From Amoebophrya sp. A120 (taxonomy: Eukaryota > Protista > Dinoflagellata), in the NCBI GenBank assembly GCA_905178155.1, contig CAJINV010000004.1, forward strand, positions 6,972,358 through 7,036,357: a stretch of 64,000 nucleotides of DNA, given 5' to 3'. Numbering within the stretch: position 1 is the stretch's first letter; each line of letters begins with the position of its first letter. The position numbers were made by a program, and so were the translations under genes. Under the pieces are notes generated by a model. That model had not been told where the DNA came from, made no database searches, and saw only the letters and a list, made by a program, of their open reading frames with translations. Positions 11,908-24,926 of this stretch are shown one piece after another.

Positions 11908-13871
11908 TCACCTCCCCTCGGCATCTCCCACCAGAAACTTCCCCGCCAATCTTACCATCTCCACGTCCATCTTCCGGAACATTTTCTCCCGCTGCTGCAA
12001 CTTCACCTGCTTCAACAACTCCTGCCCCTGCGCCAATGCCACCGTGTCTTTCGCCGGATTTATTTCGGCAAGGGAGAGCATTTTCCACTCCGCGTCCCGT
12101 CCGCTCATCTGTGCATGCGCGAGCGAGCGGATCTCCGCGTATTTTTGCTTCTCTTCCTTGGGGAAGTCAAACAGAACGGACAGGCAGTAGCCTTCGTAGC
12201 CGAAAATCCGCATGTTGCACGGGAGGAAGAAATTGCAATCTTCGAGGAGTTTGAATTTCTTCTCCAGTGTGTCCTGGACGATTTTTTTCCTCTTGCTAGC
12301 CGGCATTTTCTGAAAAAATTCCGCCTCTACTCCTGCTTCCATGAAATAGTCGATTTTGCCCTGTATTTCGTCGCTCTGCTCTAGGAAGTCGTCCCAGTTG
12401 GCGTTTTGTTTGGTTCTTTTCCGAGCCGCCTCACTGCAGCTTTTACCCTCCGTGTTATTTTTTGCAGTCGTCCCCGGCGAGCACATATCGCGGCGGTCAC
12501 CGAGGGCGCGAGAGGATCCAATACCATTTTTTCCGCTCGGATTACTACACACCTCGCACTGGCAGGTGAAGCCCATGGTTTGTTGGCACCATTGCAGGCG
12601 GGTCTTTCTGTCGCTCTCCATGATGTCGACGTCCATGTAGCAGATGCAAATTTCCTCCTCCGGCTCGATGTCGCGAATGGCGACAATGACGACCTTCCCA
12701 TTGACAGCACTTCTGCTCGGCTCGGCTAAAATTTTTGCTCCTCCTGCTTCATCATCAACAGCGTCGCTCGATGAAGAAACATTACCTGACGTCGGCGCCG
12801 CACCTTCTTGGTCATAATGCCAGGTGTAAACCGCGTTCGGCCGGCAGCTGTGGTTGAACCTCGGGACGATTTCCGTGCAGAGGGCCATGTCTTCCTCTTC
12901 TTGGACCTGACTGTGGTGCCCATTTTCATCCGCAACCACCCGATAACACGACGGCCCGGGCACCGCGTTGGACCAGAATTTTGCGGACAGGCGTACGGAA
13001 ACGCTCTCTTCGTACCGTTTCGCTGGCACGCCGACCGATTTCCCAAAATCGCTGAGCTGCAGGATCTTCTCCTGTAGGGTTGGTTTCCGGTCGTGGTCGT
13101 GGTCGTGCTGCTCCTCCCCTGGAAGCGTGCTCTGCTGCTGTTGTTTTTGTTTCTCTCCACCATCCTCGCGGGTGGTGGAACAAGTTCTTGTAGAATTTCC
13201 AGAGCTCCTCCTACAGATAATTTCTCGGTCCACAAACTCCAGCATTTTCTCGTCAGTAATCATTTTCGCCATGTTAAATTTGTTCCTTCCCTGGATCACA
13301 CAGGATTGCTCGTTATGCATTGCAAATATGTCTGGGTCTCGAAAGTAGCAACTTGTCATGCTAAATCCGAATCATGCAAATGCAAAACTCTGTGTTGCAT
13401 GAGTGCCAAAGGCTGTCTACTTTCGACCAAGTTGGGAGGGAGTTTCTCATGCAGGAGAGGCACGGCAGAGACCTCACAGAGTCTGTCATGCTAGGTCTCG
13501 CATTGTTCCGGACCTCATGGGTCATGGAAAACCTGCATGACAAGTGTACCCGCTTCCAGACCCAGCCATTTTTGCATGTGATACTCGTAGGGCAGGATCG
13601 ATTTCGGCTGCTCCGCCACGACAATCTCCCCCCGCTTGATGGAATCCGTCGCGAAAACGCCTTTTCCTTTATTCGGAATGTCGGCGACAGTGATTTTGGT
13701 TGCGCCAGTCGTGGCTGCCGCGCTAGGTGGACGAGGACTCTTCTCTTTATAATTCCCTCCATGGCTTTCTGGCGCCGCTGGTTCCGTCGGGGATGGCGCA
13801 GGAGTCGCCTCGGATGCGGATGCTGTAGTACAGGAGCGCTGGGAGGTTTTGGAAAAAAGGGAAGAGCTCAT
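11908..13871 (-). CDS. SET domain protein (SMYD-like), ~562 aa
   Basis: IPNKGKGVFATDSIKRGEIVVAEQP...RFNHSCRPNA...AIRDIEPEEEICICY...GFTCQCEVC; one introner. Confidence 0.85.
13314..13583. mobile_element. Introner family A
   Basis: Family-A TIRs; TSD CTCGT; LPYE|QSCV. Confidence 0.92.
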
Positions 13872-16167
13872 TCTTGCGAAATCAAATGAGGAAAATTTTG
13901 GACCTTTATGGGATGAAAAATTGATGGAGTGGTTAGGGAAGTAGAAAAAAAGTTTTGTAAAGCGAAAAATCAATGAGAGTAGATTTTCAGCGAAACTCGA
14001 CTTGATTCCAAACCTCCTGCTGGCATCACATTTACTTTATTCGGACATAGATCAACAAAACGTTCGTAATATAGAATTAAGCGTCGCAGGTGAACATCGA
14101 AGTGTGGAATGAAATTTCTGATCTTGTGGCTTCATCGTCATTTGAAAACATGTCGATGCGGATCCACTCGGTGGGAACGTGAAAGGTTCAATCGTGTTGA
14201 TCCAGGATAAGCTTTCGCCCATGATCAAAAGACTTTGCTCGCCCCGCTGCAATTCGAGTCAAGAAAGAGAGACTATCGTAAGAAAATACTACTTTCTTGC
14301 GATGAAGTAGTTCACGACTTCAAATTGGCGGTCTAGGAAATGCGGAACCGCTGAATGTGAATCTGGTCAAGTGCAAGGAAATTCACCAGGAAATGAAAAA
14401 TGCAAAAGCAAATTCGTTCTGGCATTCGTACTTATTTATCTTAGGCGCCGGAGCTTGGTGATTATCTCTCCGACTGAGATGAAAAAAACCAAGGCTTCTA
14501 TGGAACTTGTTGCATACTCTGTCTCCGAGTCGGACCGCGTGTGTCGTGAAAACTCTTTCAGCTTTTGCGATCTCTACATTTCGCGAACGAAACCTGAAAA
14601 GCTGAAAAACTGAACCCAAGAGGTTGTAGGCAGAGGAGCACGTTTAATATCTGCTCTGGGTCTACTCGTCCTCTGCTCAGCTGACCGCTTTTCTTGTACT
14701 ATTTTTCATTGTAGGTTTCTGGAACAAGAGTTTGGAATCAATGTCTTGGGAACTTAATGCAAGATGAGGCGCATGCGCTTTCTTTTGCTTTCTTGACCTG
14801 AAAACACGACATATTTCTCGAGAGTCTTGCCTTTGCTCTGTCTACTGGTCACGTACAAAGGGCAGAACACAAAAATCAAAACACATCAAGCCTATTTTTT
14901 CAATTCGAATCCCCATCGTGTGGTGTTGTTTTTGTTTTTCTTCTTTTTTCAAATCTCTAAATCATCATCATCGTCTTTTTCAGATCTGTCATGCAGTTTT
15001 TGGGTCATGTACTCGAGAGCTGTTAACAAACGGGCTCGAGTGGTAATCTAACCGCGCCTACCGTGAATTCTTTAAGCGCACGACATAACCCTGGGAGACG
15101 ATTGCGTGACAATTTCAACGAGCTAAATATTTGAAGACGCACTTTAAACTCTATAGAAAGCGACATAGTAGCATTGCACGACCTTTTTTGCGCGATCAAT
15201 TTCATACGAAAGACCGACATCCTGTTCTTCCTTCCTTCTGCTACGAGCCGATTTCTTTGAGTTGCATTTTCATCTACGATTTGTAAAAAAAGTTCTGTTC
15301 CGAATTTGTGCTGTGGGTCCTTCGAAATTTGCATATACAGGTTTGCGTTTTTGATGTGAGCATTTTAGTTCCAGTGTGCATTGACCGATCGAGATTTACA
15401 TTTTTTGAAACACAGTTGTCGCTCTAGGTACGACGTGATCCGAAAAAATCATCGATGTCTTTTACACTCTATCTCATACCGTTTCCTACCTTTAAATAAA
15501 TCAAAAAATCATACACGTAGTGCTGTTTATATATCTATTCCTCGGTGATTTTTGTTTTGCATGTGCTTGGTCTCTTCGCTCTTTAGTTCTTCAAGAAAGT
15601 TTCCAGCCGCCCGCAGGTCAGACGCCAGATTTATAAATAAAACTTACAAGAACATTGCAGTGTCTAGATAGATCTCCTTCTTTTTCGTTCTCTAAAATCC
15701 ACTACCATCTTTTCAACTTTCCCTCCAGTTCCCCCTCTTTGGCTTTTTACAGCTCCTCCATCTTCGACGGCAGCTGATCCTTCAAATGCAAGTATCCCAT
15801 TAACAGCACCGCGTTGATGATGAAAATACGACGAACAATGAAATAAAGCACAGATGACAGCTTAGCTTTTTGAAATAAGTAGGGGTAGGTCTGTTTAGAA
15901 TAAAAGGAGGATAAAAATTGGGCGTCAGTGTCTTCTTGATTGATATAAAAAAAAGCCGGGGCCGATATTTCTTCTGCATTTTCGACCTAGTTTGGTACTC
16001 AGTGTCAGTTCGGGTAGTTGTATTGATTTTTTCAGCTTTCGCTTGCCAGCTAAGGAAGTAGTACTGCGCGACTGGGCAAGATGGCTTTAGTCACCGCCGG
16101 CTCTCACCGCCTCTCATGCGATTTCGCACTTGCTTCAAACCGCATTCCGACGAGAAAGTGAAAGATT

Positions 16168-18081
16168 TCAACCTTCCTCTACTTCATACGACAACCGAAT
16201 AAGCTCCTCCGCCGCCTCAACCTCGTCTTCTCCGATGTATTTCTGGCGCCCGCAGTCAAAAAAGTTCGCAACGATCCATCCCGGGTACTTTTCAGAAAAC
16301 AGAGTGTCCCCAAGCCATATCTGGGGAGGAAACGGATCGCGGCAAGTTGGACAGATTTTACGAGCACTACCCATCCCTGAATGGGTGGAGTCGCTGCAGA
16401 CATACTGATGCAGACATTCCAGGCAGACCGCGTGGTTGCATTCGAGGACGTAAGCTTTATTTCTCCTCTTGCTGATGATCGCCTGTGGACCGAAATGTAG
16501 GTCGTGGCCGGAGTCAAATTGCGCCGTGGCCGCGGTCGCTGTTATACCACTTGAGGACGTCGACGGAAGGACACTTGTTTCAGCGACTTCTTCTTCATCC
16601 GGAGAGAGCGAGAAGGATTTCATGCACATGGGGCACTCCTCGTTAATTGCGACCCGCCGGAAAGCATCGGCGTCATCGAAGATGTTCGCAAGGTCCCGTC
16701 GTGCGCTATTTACAAATCGTTGCGTGACGCCCCTGCATACCGAGGCGTCACCCAAAGTCACAACCTGCTGACAAAGGTTCATGGCTTCCTCAGACAACGT
16801 ATCTGCCACAGTCTGACTGCATCCGGGATTGCGTTTTTGTAACAAAATGAGTCGCCGCACCTCTGCAACATCCATGACGAGCGCGTAGATGGAGGAAGGA
16901 TTACCTCCCCGCGCTCGGCTCTCTGCGAACAACTGTTTCTGCTCTTCCACCGTTGGCGGCATTTTCAACCAACTCCATGGACTGCGTCCACATTCCAAAA
17001 ATGGCTGTTCGAGGATGTCAATTGCGAGCCGAAGCTCCGTTGCCGCTCCTTCAAGGTCACACGTCGGTGCCTTGCACTTCTTCCTCGCTTCGAAATTCAA
17101 AAACGCGTTGGCGGCATCCACGTGCTTCTTGGCTTGTTTGAGGGAAGCATGCCCCTGGAATGCAGGCGAGTCGAGTAAAGTTGGATCAAGATTTTCAACC
17201 TGAGCTACCAATGTCCTCTCCTTCTCGCGCATGCCGTTTTGCTGGTAGAGAAACCGCAAATTCTTGATAGTGTTACCAGCGATGGTTTCTATTGGGTTGA
17301 TTCGAGCCGGCTGGTTTTTCCTGGAGGGGCGGAGGGACGAGAGGAGGAGCTGCGTCAGCTGTTCGAAACGTTTGATAGCAGTAGCGTCATCATCACGCCG
17401 GAGAACGATGCGCAGATCCGCTTTCGTGAACAACATCCAGAAGTATGCTGCTTCGCCCTCAAAACTCTTCAACAGCTTGGCTACTTGGCCAGCATCAGCA
17501 TCCGGCTGTTGTGCTCTCGCTCGGCAAATATACATCTGCTCGATCTCCTCTACTTCAGAAAGCGCTTCCGATAGCATTCCGGCCGTTGCTAGGACGTTGC
17601 TGACGGCGTGCATGCTGGTCTTTGCCTTCAGCGAATTCTCCACGTCCGGAACATAGTTCCCCAGCTCTTCGTTCAGCTTGACCATGGGCCCGCGAAGCTG
17701 CAACATCCCCTTTGCTCCTACTTCTACTAGGTCCGTCTCGCCTGCGGCGCTCCACCAACTGAACATCTTGTGCGCTTTGAGTAGCACCTTCAGCGCCTCT
17801 TCTTTCTTCCCAACGCCGACAAGCGCGTCGGCTTTCCGCTTGTATGCCTTCGCGTATAAACAGTTGATCTCGATGCTGCGATCAGCGTCCTGCAGTGCCT
17901 CGTCGTATCGTTTCAGTTCCAAATACGCCTGCGCGCGGTTGCTAAATCCGACTTCATCGTTGGGGTTAGCTGCCAAAAATTTGTCGAAGAAGGGAAGCGA
18001 CTCGGAAAACCGCTTTTCCTTGAAGAGACGCACCGCCGCTGCACCATCAGATGCGATGTTCGCTGAAGCAGGAGAGGGCAT
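16168..18081 (-). CDS. TPR-repeat protein with C-terminal RING finger (putative E3 ligase), intronless, 637 aa
   Basis: N-terminal TPRs (FSNRAQAYLELKRYDEALQDADRSI, AKAYKRKADAL); CPMC...CNHAVCLECL...CPTCR. Confidence 0.8.
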   Translation of the reverse strand: MPSPASANIASDGAAAVRLFKEKRFSESLPFFDKFLAANPNDEVGFSNRAQAYLELKRYDEALQDADRSIEINCLYAKAYKRKADALVGVGKKEEALKVLLKAHKMFSWWSAAGETDLVEVGAKGMLQLRGPMVKLNEELGNYVPDVENSLKAKTSMHAVSNVLATAGMLSEALSEVEEIEQMYICRARAQQPDADAGQVAKLLKSFEGEAAYFWMLFTKADLRIVLRRDDDATAIKRFEQLTQLLLSSLRPSRKNQPARINPIETIAGNTIKNLRFLYQQNGMREKERTLVAQVENLDPTLLDSPAFQGHASLKQAKKHVDAANAFLNFEARKKCKAPTCDLEGAATELRLAIDILEQPFLECGRSPWSWLKMPPTVEEQKQLFAESRARGGNPSSIYALVMDVAEVRRLILLQKRNPGCSQTVADTLSEEAMNLCQQVVTLGDASVCRGVTQRFVNSARRDLANIFDDADAFRRVAINEECPMCMKSFSLSPDEEEVAETSVLPSTSSSGITATAATAQFDSGHDLHFGPQAIISKRRNKAYVLECNHAVCLECLHQYVCSDSTHSGMGSARKICPTCRDPFPPQIWLGDTLFSEKYPGWIVANFFDCGRQKYIGEDEVEAAEELIRLSYEVEEG

Positions 18082-19702
18082 GTTGAAAATGAAAAATCGG
18101 GCTCCTTCTCCTTTGGGATTATTGAAGTCAGGTGGTACAACGAGTACGAGATACGCTTACGTGGGTTCTTTCCTACGACCTTAACCTTGCGGCGATTAAG
18201 GCGAACCGTCGTAGACAGTGATAGAGCAAGAGGTCGTAGTACGGATTAAAGAAACTGCTTAAAAATCTGTACAATCAAGAACTGTTGACCACGGTGTCTG
18301 CCTCGGACTCGGTCGGTCTGTGAAAATGGAAAATAAACAAACGTATAACATTGTCAGCCTCAGCCAAGTGGTAGTCGTTTCTATCAAGATCTCTTTCACA
18401 AATAGAAATACTTCTTTTTTTTTTTTTTATATACAAATCACAAAGATAACGCAGCGAAATATCACATAGACAACTTCAGATCGGAAAAAGAGGTGATCCA
18501 GGCTCGTCGTCCTTGTTCTATCGCAGCATCGTATTCGTGGTCCGTAAGTGCCATCTGACCCCTTCGCCTTGCGGCTCCAGACTGCTCGCCTCTTCTCCTC
18601 GCGACATGCTACAGTTGTTCACATGGTCAGCAGGCGGTGAGTCACACCACCGAGTTGCCTCCAACCTCGCTGCGCAAGAGAGTCGACAACTGTAGTGATG
18701 CAACAACACAGGTGCTATGTTGCTCTTCCTTTTTTCGGTGGTGTTTCTGTACCTGTTCCTACTGCCCGCTGCACCGCCCCGTCTGCCTCCTATCTACACT
18801 AAAGGTCGGGAAAAAGAATCTCACACTTGTAAGTTTTTAAGAATCAATTTGGGGATCCTGAAGTGTCATGACATGCATGACTGGGCGTGGCGCAAAAAAC
18901 AACCGCGAAGTACTGACAGCTATTTTGAATTATCACACAGGAGGAAGGTAGAGCCGGAGGGACTTCTAGTGTCAATATACATATACATCTTTACTTTGGT
19001 TGTAGTGCCGTACTTTTGTATGTTCATATTTATTATTAGTTTGCTTTTTTTTGAAACTTCTCTTCTTATCTCAAGCAACTCATACGCTCCTTCCTGTATC
19101 CACCTCTTCCTGCTAGCTACTCATCGCAGTTGCCGTATTTGCATGCGTCCTGAAATACTTCTAGCAGTGCACGTGCACTACTTCAGCGATACGAAGAAGA
19201 AGAGAAGCCACGCACGTCTGTGACCGCTCGCTATTGATATTGCTGGTGTCTCGTATCGGATCGTCATGGCTTTATTATTATTTGCGGCGCCACTTCCAAA
19301 ATGTCAAGGTGAACACGATCGGATGTGCGTAGTTTATATTGCGTGTTGATGAGACTAGAATGAGAATGACGCTGATTTTTCAGATTCTTATTGAAGAGAA
19401 ATGAAGCTGGCACATTGTGCTGCTCTGCTTGTGTTTTGAAACGCCTTCTGTGCGAGGGAGATGCGGGTCCGGGTAAGTGAACAGCGGCCGCAAAGGAAAA
19501 CCCCTATGCGTTCGCACTGTGCTTGTATATGGGGATCGATCACTACAACTTCCACATGCCGCTGGCTTTGTTGTAATTCTCTCGAAGAGCAAGGACAACA
19601 ATAGAAGCGTGTTGTCAGCGCAGCAACAGCACGCAGTCGAATATCGCATCTGCGTCACGCTCACCAAAACGCCAACATAGCATACTTGCGTCCACCAACA
19701 TC

Positions 19703-20818
19703 TCAGTGTTCCTTCACCAAAACGCAGCAGCTGGGGCAAATCGCCAACACCGCTTGTCCGAGCTGGTTTCGCGACTTGTCGAAAAAGTCTTTCGGGGTTT
19801 CGACCTTCTTTTGAATCCCGCAATCCTTACACTGAATCCACATCTCCTCTACCCGGCAGGAACTTACTTTCTTCGGCGGTATGCTTGGTGGTGGTGCTTG
19901 AACTGGATCTGGAGCCGATAGTTGTACTGAGTTCTTTCCTGGATGAGGAAGATGAGCGGCAGGTCCCTGTGTTTGATCTTCTGCTTCAGCGCCACCACCG
20001 ACAGTCATGGAGACTTTCATGCCTGTCGATGATGCATCTCCATCGCCATCACCTCGGCCGCCCGGATGAAATCCACCGCTGGTGCCGATGCTGGTACTAC
20101 TATTGCCACTTGTGGTCCTCGCACTGCTGTCAACGGCGTTTGCAAACTTCGTCCCTAAATTGACCGTGGACAGATAAAACAGCCTTTTCCGGTGCTTTTC
20201 CTGCAGTGGCCCGAACATGGAGAAGAAGGGAACGCCCCGCTCAGAGAAGGCCTGGATGATTTCGTTCGGAATCTTCTGGGGGTCATGGAGGTGGCGCAGA
20301 ATCCCCTGGTCTTTTTCCGCCTCGGTGAGGAGAGAACTTGTTTTCCCGTCAGGCGGGTCGCAACCGGAACAATCGTCGCAGTTGGAAAAGAAACGCTTGG
20401 TCGTGTAGTTTTGGTGTAAAAATTGAGCAGGGATTCGGGTCGTGTTATTTGACACGATAGAAGATGGAGGCTGTGTAACGATGCTTGATGCAATCCTGCT
20501 GGCCTTTGGATGATGATCATTCTCACAACGTGAACGTATCGGCATCACGAGCAGTTGCCCGCGACGCAATCTTCCTTGTGGCCGCATCGATGTTGTACTA
20601 GTCTCGCTGTGAAACAAGCTCCTTCTGCTGCTGCTCGAAGCGAATGACGCGCTGGGTGGCGGTTTTTTGAAGGGCCAAGAAGTCGTCGACGTGTCTATCC
20701 CTGGCTGGAGGCAGGCACGAGGACCAAACGCCGTGTGCAGGTGCGACGCCCCCACGACAGGAACGAACTGCTTGAAGCTCGAAGAGGATGAGCTGCTACG
20801 AGCCACACTGCAGATCAT
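19703..20818 (-). CDS. Hypothetical protein with S/R-rich N-terminus and Cys motifs
   Basis: 371-aa ORF on the same strand as all other genes; CDDCSGC and CKDC...CPSC. Confidence 0.55.
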   Translation of the reverse strand: MICSVARSSSSSSSFKQFVPVVGASHLHTAFGPRACLQPGIDTSTTSWPFKKPPPSASFASSSSRRSLFHSETSTTSMRPQGRLRRGQLLVMPIRSRCENDHHPKASRIASSIVTQPPSSIVSNNTTRIPAQFLHQNYTTKRFFSNCDDCSGCDPPDGKTSSLLTEAEKDQGILRHLHDPQKIPNEIIQAFSERGVPFFSMFGPLQEKHRKRLFYLSTVNLGTKFANAVDSSARTTSGNSSTSIGTSGGFHPGGRGDGDGDASSTGMKVSMTVGGGAEAEDQTQGPAAHLPHPGKNSVQLSAPDPVQAPPPSIPPKKVSSCRVEEMWIQCKDCGIQKKVETPKDFFDKSRNQLGQAVLAICPSCCVLVKEH

Positions 20819-21605
20819 GTTTTAATTCGACCACCCGGAAAACATAAACAAGGAATGAGAAGGTCGGCAAATAAAAGCCAGAAACAAATTTCGAAACATT
20901 AGAAACGAGGGTACGTTAGAAACGACTAGAAAGAGATACATGATGCAGTTAAGTACAGGGTGTTCTCCAGTGGCGTGGGTCGGGCGCCTAGTATCTATGA
21001 TGTGCTCGGCATCGGGTAGACAATACAGGGATGGAGGGTCGGGAAAAGGTCTCTGATCATCCCGGTGTAGGTTTTCGGTGAAGTAGAGACACACGGCTAA
21101 CGAACCTACTAGAAATAACTTACGCTCCCTACAGCATAGCACTCAGCTCATTTCTATCTCTTTCACTCATTCCAAGAACATGTGGTCAAATAAACCGATT
21201 TTCGTATAATTTCATCCATTTTCATAATTGTAATATTTCGGGATGAACAAAAATGTTATTTCCGGTATTGGATCATCATCAACACCATATGAGATTCACA
21301 TTCACTACGCTCTTTTTGAAACTTCCTTCTGCACATTCACAACATTCCCAATCAATCTCCTTCCGCCATTCAACAATTGCATTTTGTTGTCACGTACCAG
21401 TTGTAGGTGTTGTAGGCACAGTTAAGCAGACGCCCCAGCTGCACGAGTGTCCGGCTGACGCTCGGAGTAGAGATGATGATGAAGTAGAGGACAATGTAGT
21501 TGCAAAGAAGTTCTGCAAATTGTAAAAAACTTCTTGGCTCAATCTTCACGACCTATCGAGAGAAGTGTCGGTGATGTGCAATATGGAGTGTAGATGCTGC
21601 CATTT

Positions 21606-23894
21606 TCACCAGTGGCCTCTCCCTCTCTGCTGGTAGTGGTAGTCCCGCCTCCCCGGAGATTGCTGACCGTTACGAGGACCTCTATCCCCCCAACGACCTC
21701 CCTCGTTTGTTCTCCCACGGCCGGAGCCCTTTATGGAAGTGTCAGAATCGAAATTGACAAAATCAAAGATGAACTTGTGATGCACAAAATCGATGCCAAT
21801 TAAACCTCCAGTCTGTAGACGGCGCATGACAAATTGTCCCCGTACTGGAAGCGAATCTGTCATGCGATTTAGGGAAAACGAGCTGCCTTCTGTCATGCTA
21901 GTCGGCAGCTCAACCCTTGAAGACCTTTTCCAGGACTATAATCTGCCTCGTCCTTTGCATCCTCTGCAGTAGAGCCACTCTCTGCGTGGCATTTTATGCA
22001 TTACAAATTATTTCAACTTTGCCGATTTCGATCCTGACAGTTCCATACCCTTTTGCCCGCGGTTATCGAACCCGTTCCGGGCATCGTTGGTCAGCAACCC
22101 GGGGGCGTTGGCCTCCTCTTCCACGCTCTCGGCGTTGCCCCAGACGATGATGCTGATCCGCCCCTTGCCGTCCTGGTCCTCTTCCGCCAGCGCGTTTATC
22201 CCGTGCTTCCAGTTGATGTTGGCATCGCGCCCGAAGGAAAACATCATGCCGTTCGATTGTGGGAAGTAGGCTTTCACGGGTTCGCGATCCCGCACGGCCG
22301 GGTCCACGCGCAAAAAGGCCAGCTCGCGCTCCGCCCCGAAGCTTGCGCCCACGGTTATGTTCTGGTTTTTTGCCCGTTGGGGGTTGAAGGCCGCCGAATC
22401 GTGGTGGAACGGCTTCCAGTCCCGCGAGTCACGGTACCAGTTGAACCGGGTCCCGATAGCCTTCACGTTCTTGATGTGAAAATACTTGCAGATTTTCTCC
22501 ACAATTTTTTGGTACGTCGGCGCCACCTCCGGCTGCTTGGTGACCAAATGACAACCTTCGTGCCACGAAATCCACGTGCTGGTGGACGTCGTTGTGGTCC
22601 CAGAGGATCGGTCGCTGCTTTGTTGGGCTTGCCCGTTTTTCCGAATTTCGTCCACTAGTTTGTAATACAGTGACCAGTCGTCCTCTTCACAGAAAAATTC
22701 GGGCACAATCACCACGTCGTCGTGTTTCAGACGTTTCTTCAGCACCTCCCCCCGGTTCCCGATGAACACGCGGAGATCCGGGCGGACCAGGGTGGATTTT
22801 GGATCAAACGACTCGGTCATGACAGTGCACAACTCGCCCTCCCCCTCATTTGTATAGCATGCACGGTAATAGTACAAGCATCAGCAAGAGTGCCGGTTTT
22901 GCATGACAAATTTCCAGTGTGGGCTACCAGAACTTGTCATGCAAACAGTGCCAAGACACAACCAACGGGTGGATTGGGTATTTTGCATGACAAATGAGGG
23001 GAAGCAGGGGGAGTTGTGCAATGTCATATCGGTGTTGCGACCCTTCTTGTGCAGGTTCACCTGGCGGTCTTGCGGGCGGGGGTCGTCATTCAGGACAGGG
23101 AGGTCCGGGTCCTCGAAGGAATTGTTCATGTTGAGGCCGGAATTGTAGTTCTTTTCGTGGTTAAGGTTATTTCTCGTCTTGGAAGTCGTGGTTGGAAAGC
23201 TGCTTTCGTAAAGATCTTGTGTTCCTCGTCTATGTTGAACATCAACCAAAGTTGAAGCACTGTCGTGTTGTGACGCTTTTTTTCCTGCGACTTGATGATG
23301 ATTATGTCCCTCGTCTCCTCGTGCATTTTTTTCTTCATCTTCAACCTCCACACGCGGTCGCAGAATGACCAGGTTGTTCATCTTGGGCCTCTCTTGTCTC
23401 TGCTGGTCATGATCCTTGGCGTCCTCCTCGTGCTGTGGACCGGCGGGCGCGGCGGGGAGGGAGTGAGCAGTTGTACTTCTACCTTTGTTCTTCATCTTCC
23501 TCTTTTCATTCGCTGGTGGTGGTGTTCTTCTTGATGAGGACGAATTATAACTGGACGTCGACGCGGATTTTTCACGACGACGATCGCGGTCCTCTGGAGG
23601 AGCACGTTTACGTCTCGGTGACCTAGACCTGTCTTCTTTTGCAGCTCGTCCTCCTCGTCGTCGGTTTTTTGAGGTGCGGTGGATCTGCTCGTCTGCTCGG
23701 GAGATTGGGGAGCGAGAATGACGACACGCCCGCTGCCCTTCACTTCGGCCCCGGCCCCCGGACTTCGGGTCATAGTATTCACCGCCACCACGCCGTGGCG
23801 AGCCACGGTGTTGAGCAGTTCTTTCCCGTGGTTCATCATCATCATCATCTCTGCCACCTGTCCGGCGGCTGCGGCGATCGTGAAGCGACGGCAT
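21606..23894 (-). CDS. AlkB-like 2OG-Fe(II) dioxygenase with RS/RG-rich extensions, ~583 aa
   Basis: RFNWYRDSRDWKPFHHD...VGASFGAEREL...WKHGI...GRISIIVW (HxD...H...R); two introners removed in frame. Confidence 0.82.
21732..22047. mobile_element. Introner family C
   Basis: Family-C TIRs; TSD CCCTT. Confidence 0.92.
22818..23028. mobile_element. Introner family F (left end CAT instead of TAT)
   Basis: CATGACAGTGCACAACTC / GAGTTGTGCAATGTCATA; TSD TCGGT; RNT|ESFDP. Confidence 0.9.
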
Positions 23895-24926
23895 GATAGA
23901 TTATAATTTTTGATAAACTGAAACTTGAGCTACAGAATACGACAAGTTTTTTTCTTCGTTCTTGTGAAGATCTTCAGCCCGGACGTCAAAGTCGAGGGCT
24001 GCAGGTGGACTCACGCTACAGTATTGTAATTGGATTCTTGTTCGTCATTCACATTTTATAGAGCGACGTGGAGTTGTCGTTGTTCATACCCTTTCTCATG
24101 CTTCGGTAAAATCACGAGGAGCTTGCAGCACGTGCAAAAACAAGTAAAACAGCTACGTATCTGTTTTATTCATGTTCACTCCTCACGCCTCCTCGGCTGT
24201 TTTCGTCACTCCAACTCCTCCCAAAGGAAAAGAGAGCCTCGATCAAGGGCAGAATGGTGGAAGCTGTAACTCTAAAATTTTGATGAAGAGGACAGCATTT
24301 TTGGTCGCTCAACGAAATGCGGCTTGGGGAAGATCGAAGTCGAACAAAATTGCAAAATATAAAGAGAACGTGCCCGAACGTGGCAAAGCTGCTTTAGCGT
24401 TCTTCTTTGGTAGAGTTGGGCAATACATACAATGTGCATGTGGAGGTAGCAAGAATAATGTACAAAAGGAAAAGCGTATTAAGTGAGGGGATCAGGATAA
24501 TACCGAGCAGCTGATGCAGAAGAGATAGCTGCATTTGATTTTGAGATTGTATGATTACGATGTACAACTACTCACGTGGCTTCTTTTGTCTTTTTGTCAG
24601 AGTCAGTCTGTCATCAAAAACGCAGCTATGAATGTCTAGCACAATATGAAAATAAATAGCATCAGGCTTTTGCTGAACCTGAGCTCGCACACACGCGGAA
24701 CGCGAGGCTTGCCAGTACAGACAAAATGCGTTGTAAGACAAAAAGGTAGCACTTAACATAGTACGACTCTGTAAACAAAAACATTATGTTGAAAAAAACT
24801 CGTTTCACTCCTTCACGGAGAAGTGCAACGATCTAAACAGGCCCTAATTTTTCTAAAGGTAAAGGTACTTACAGTGAGTGTGGCTGCTGCGCCACCAAGA
24901 ACTACACTTTGATGAGTACCTCTTTA

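Noticed and set aside
14000-16100. AT-rich region with short minus-strand ORFs, possibly a decayed transposase or pseudogene
   Set aside because: No recognisable motif or termini; cannot be supported without a homology search
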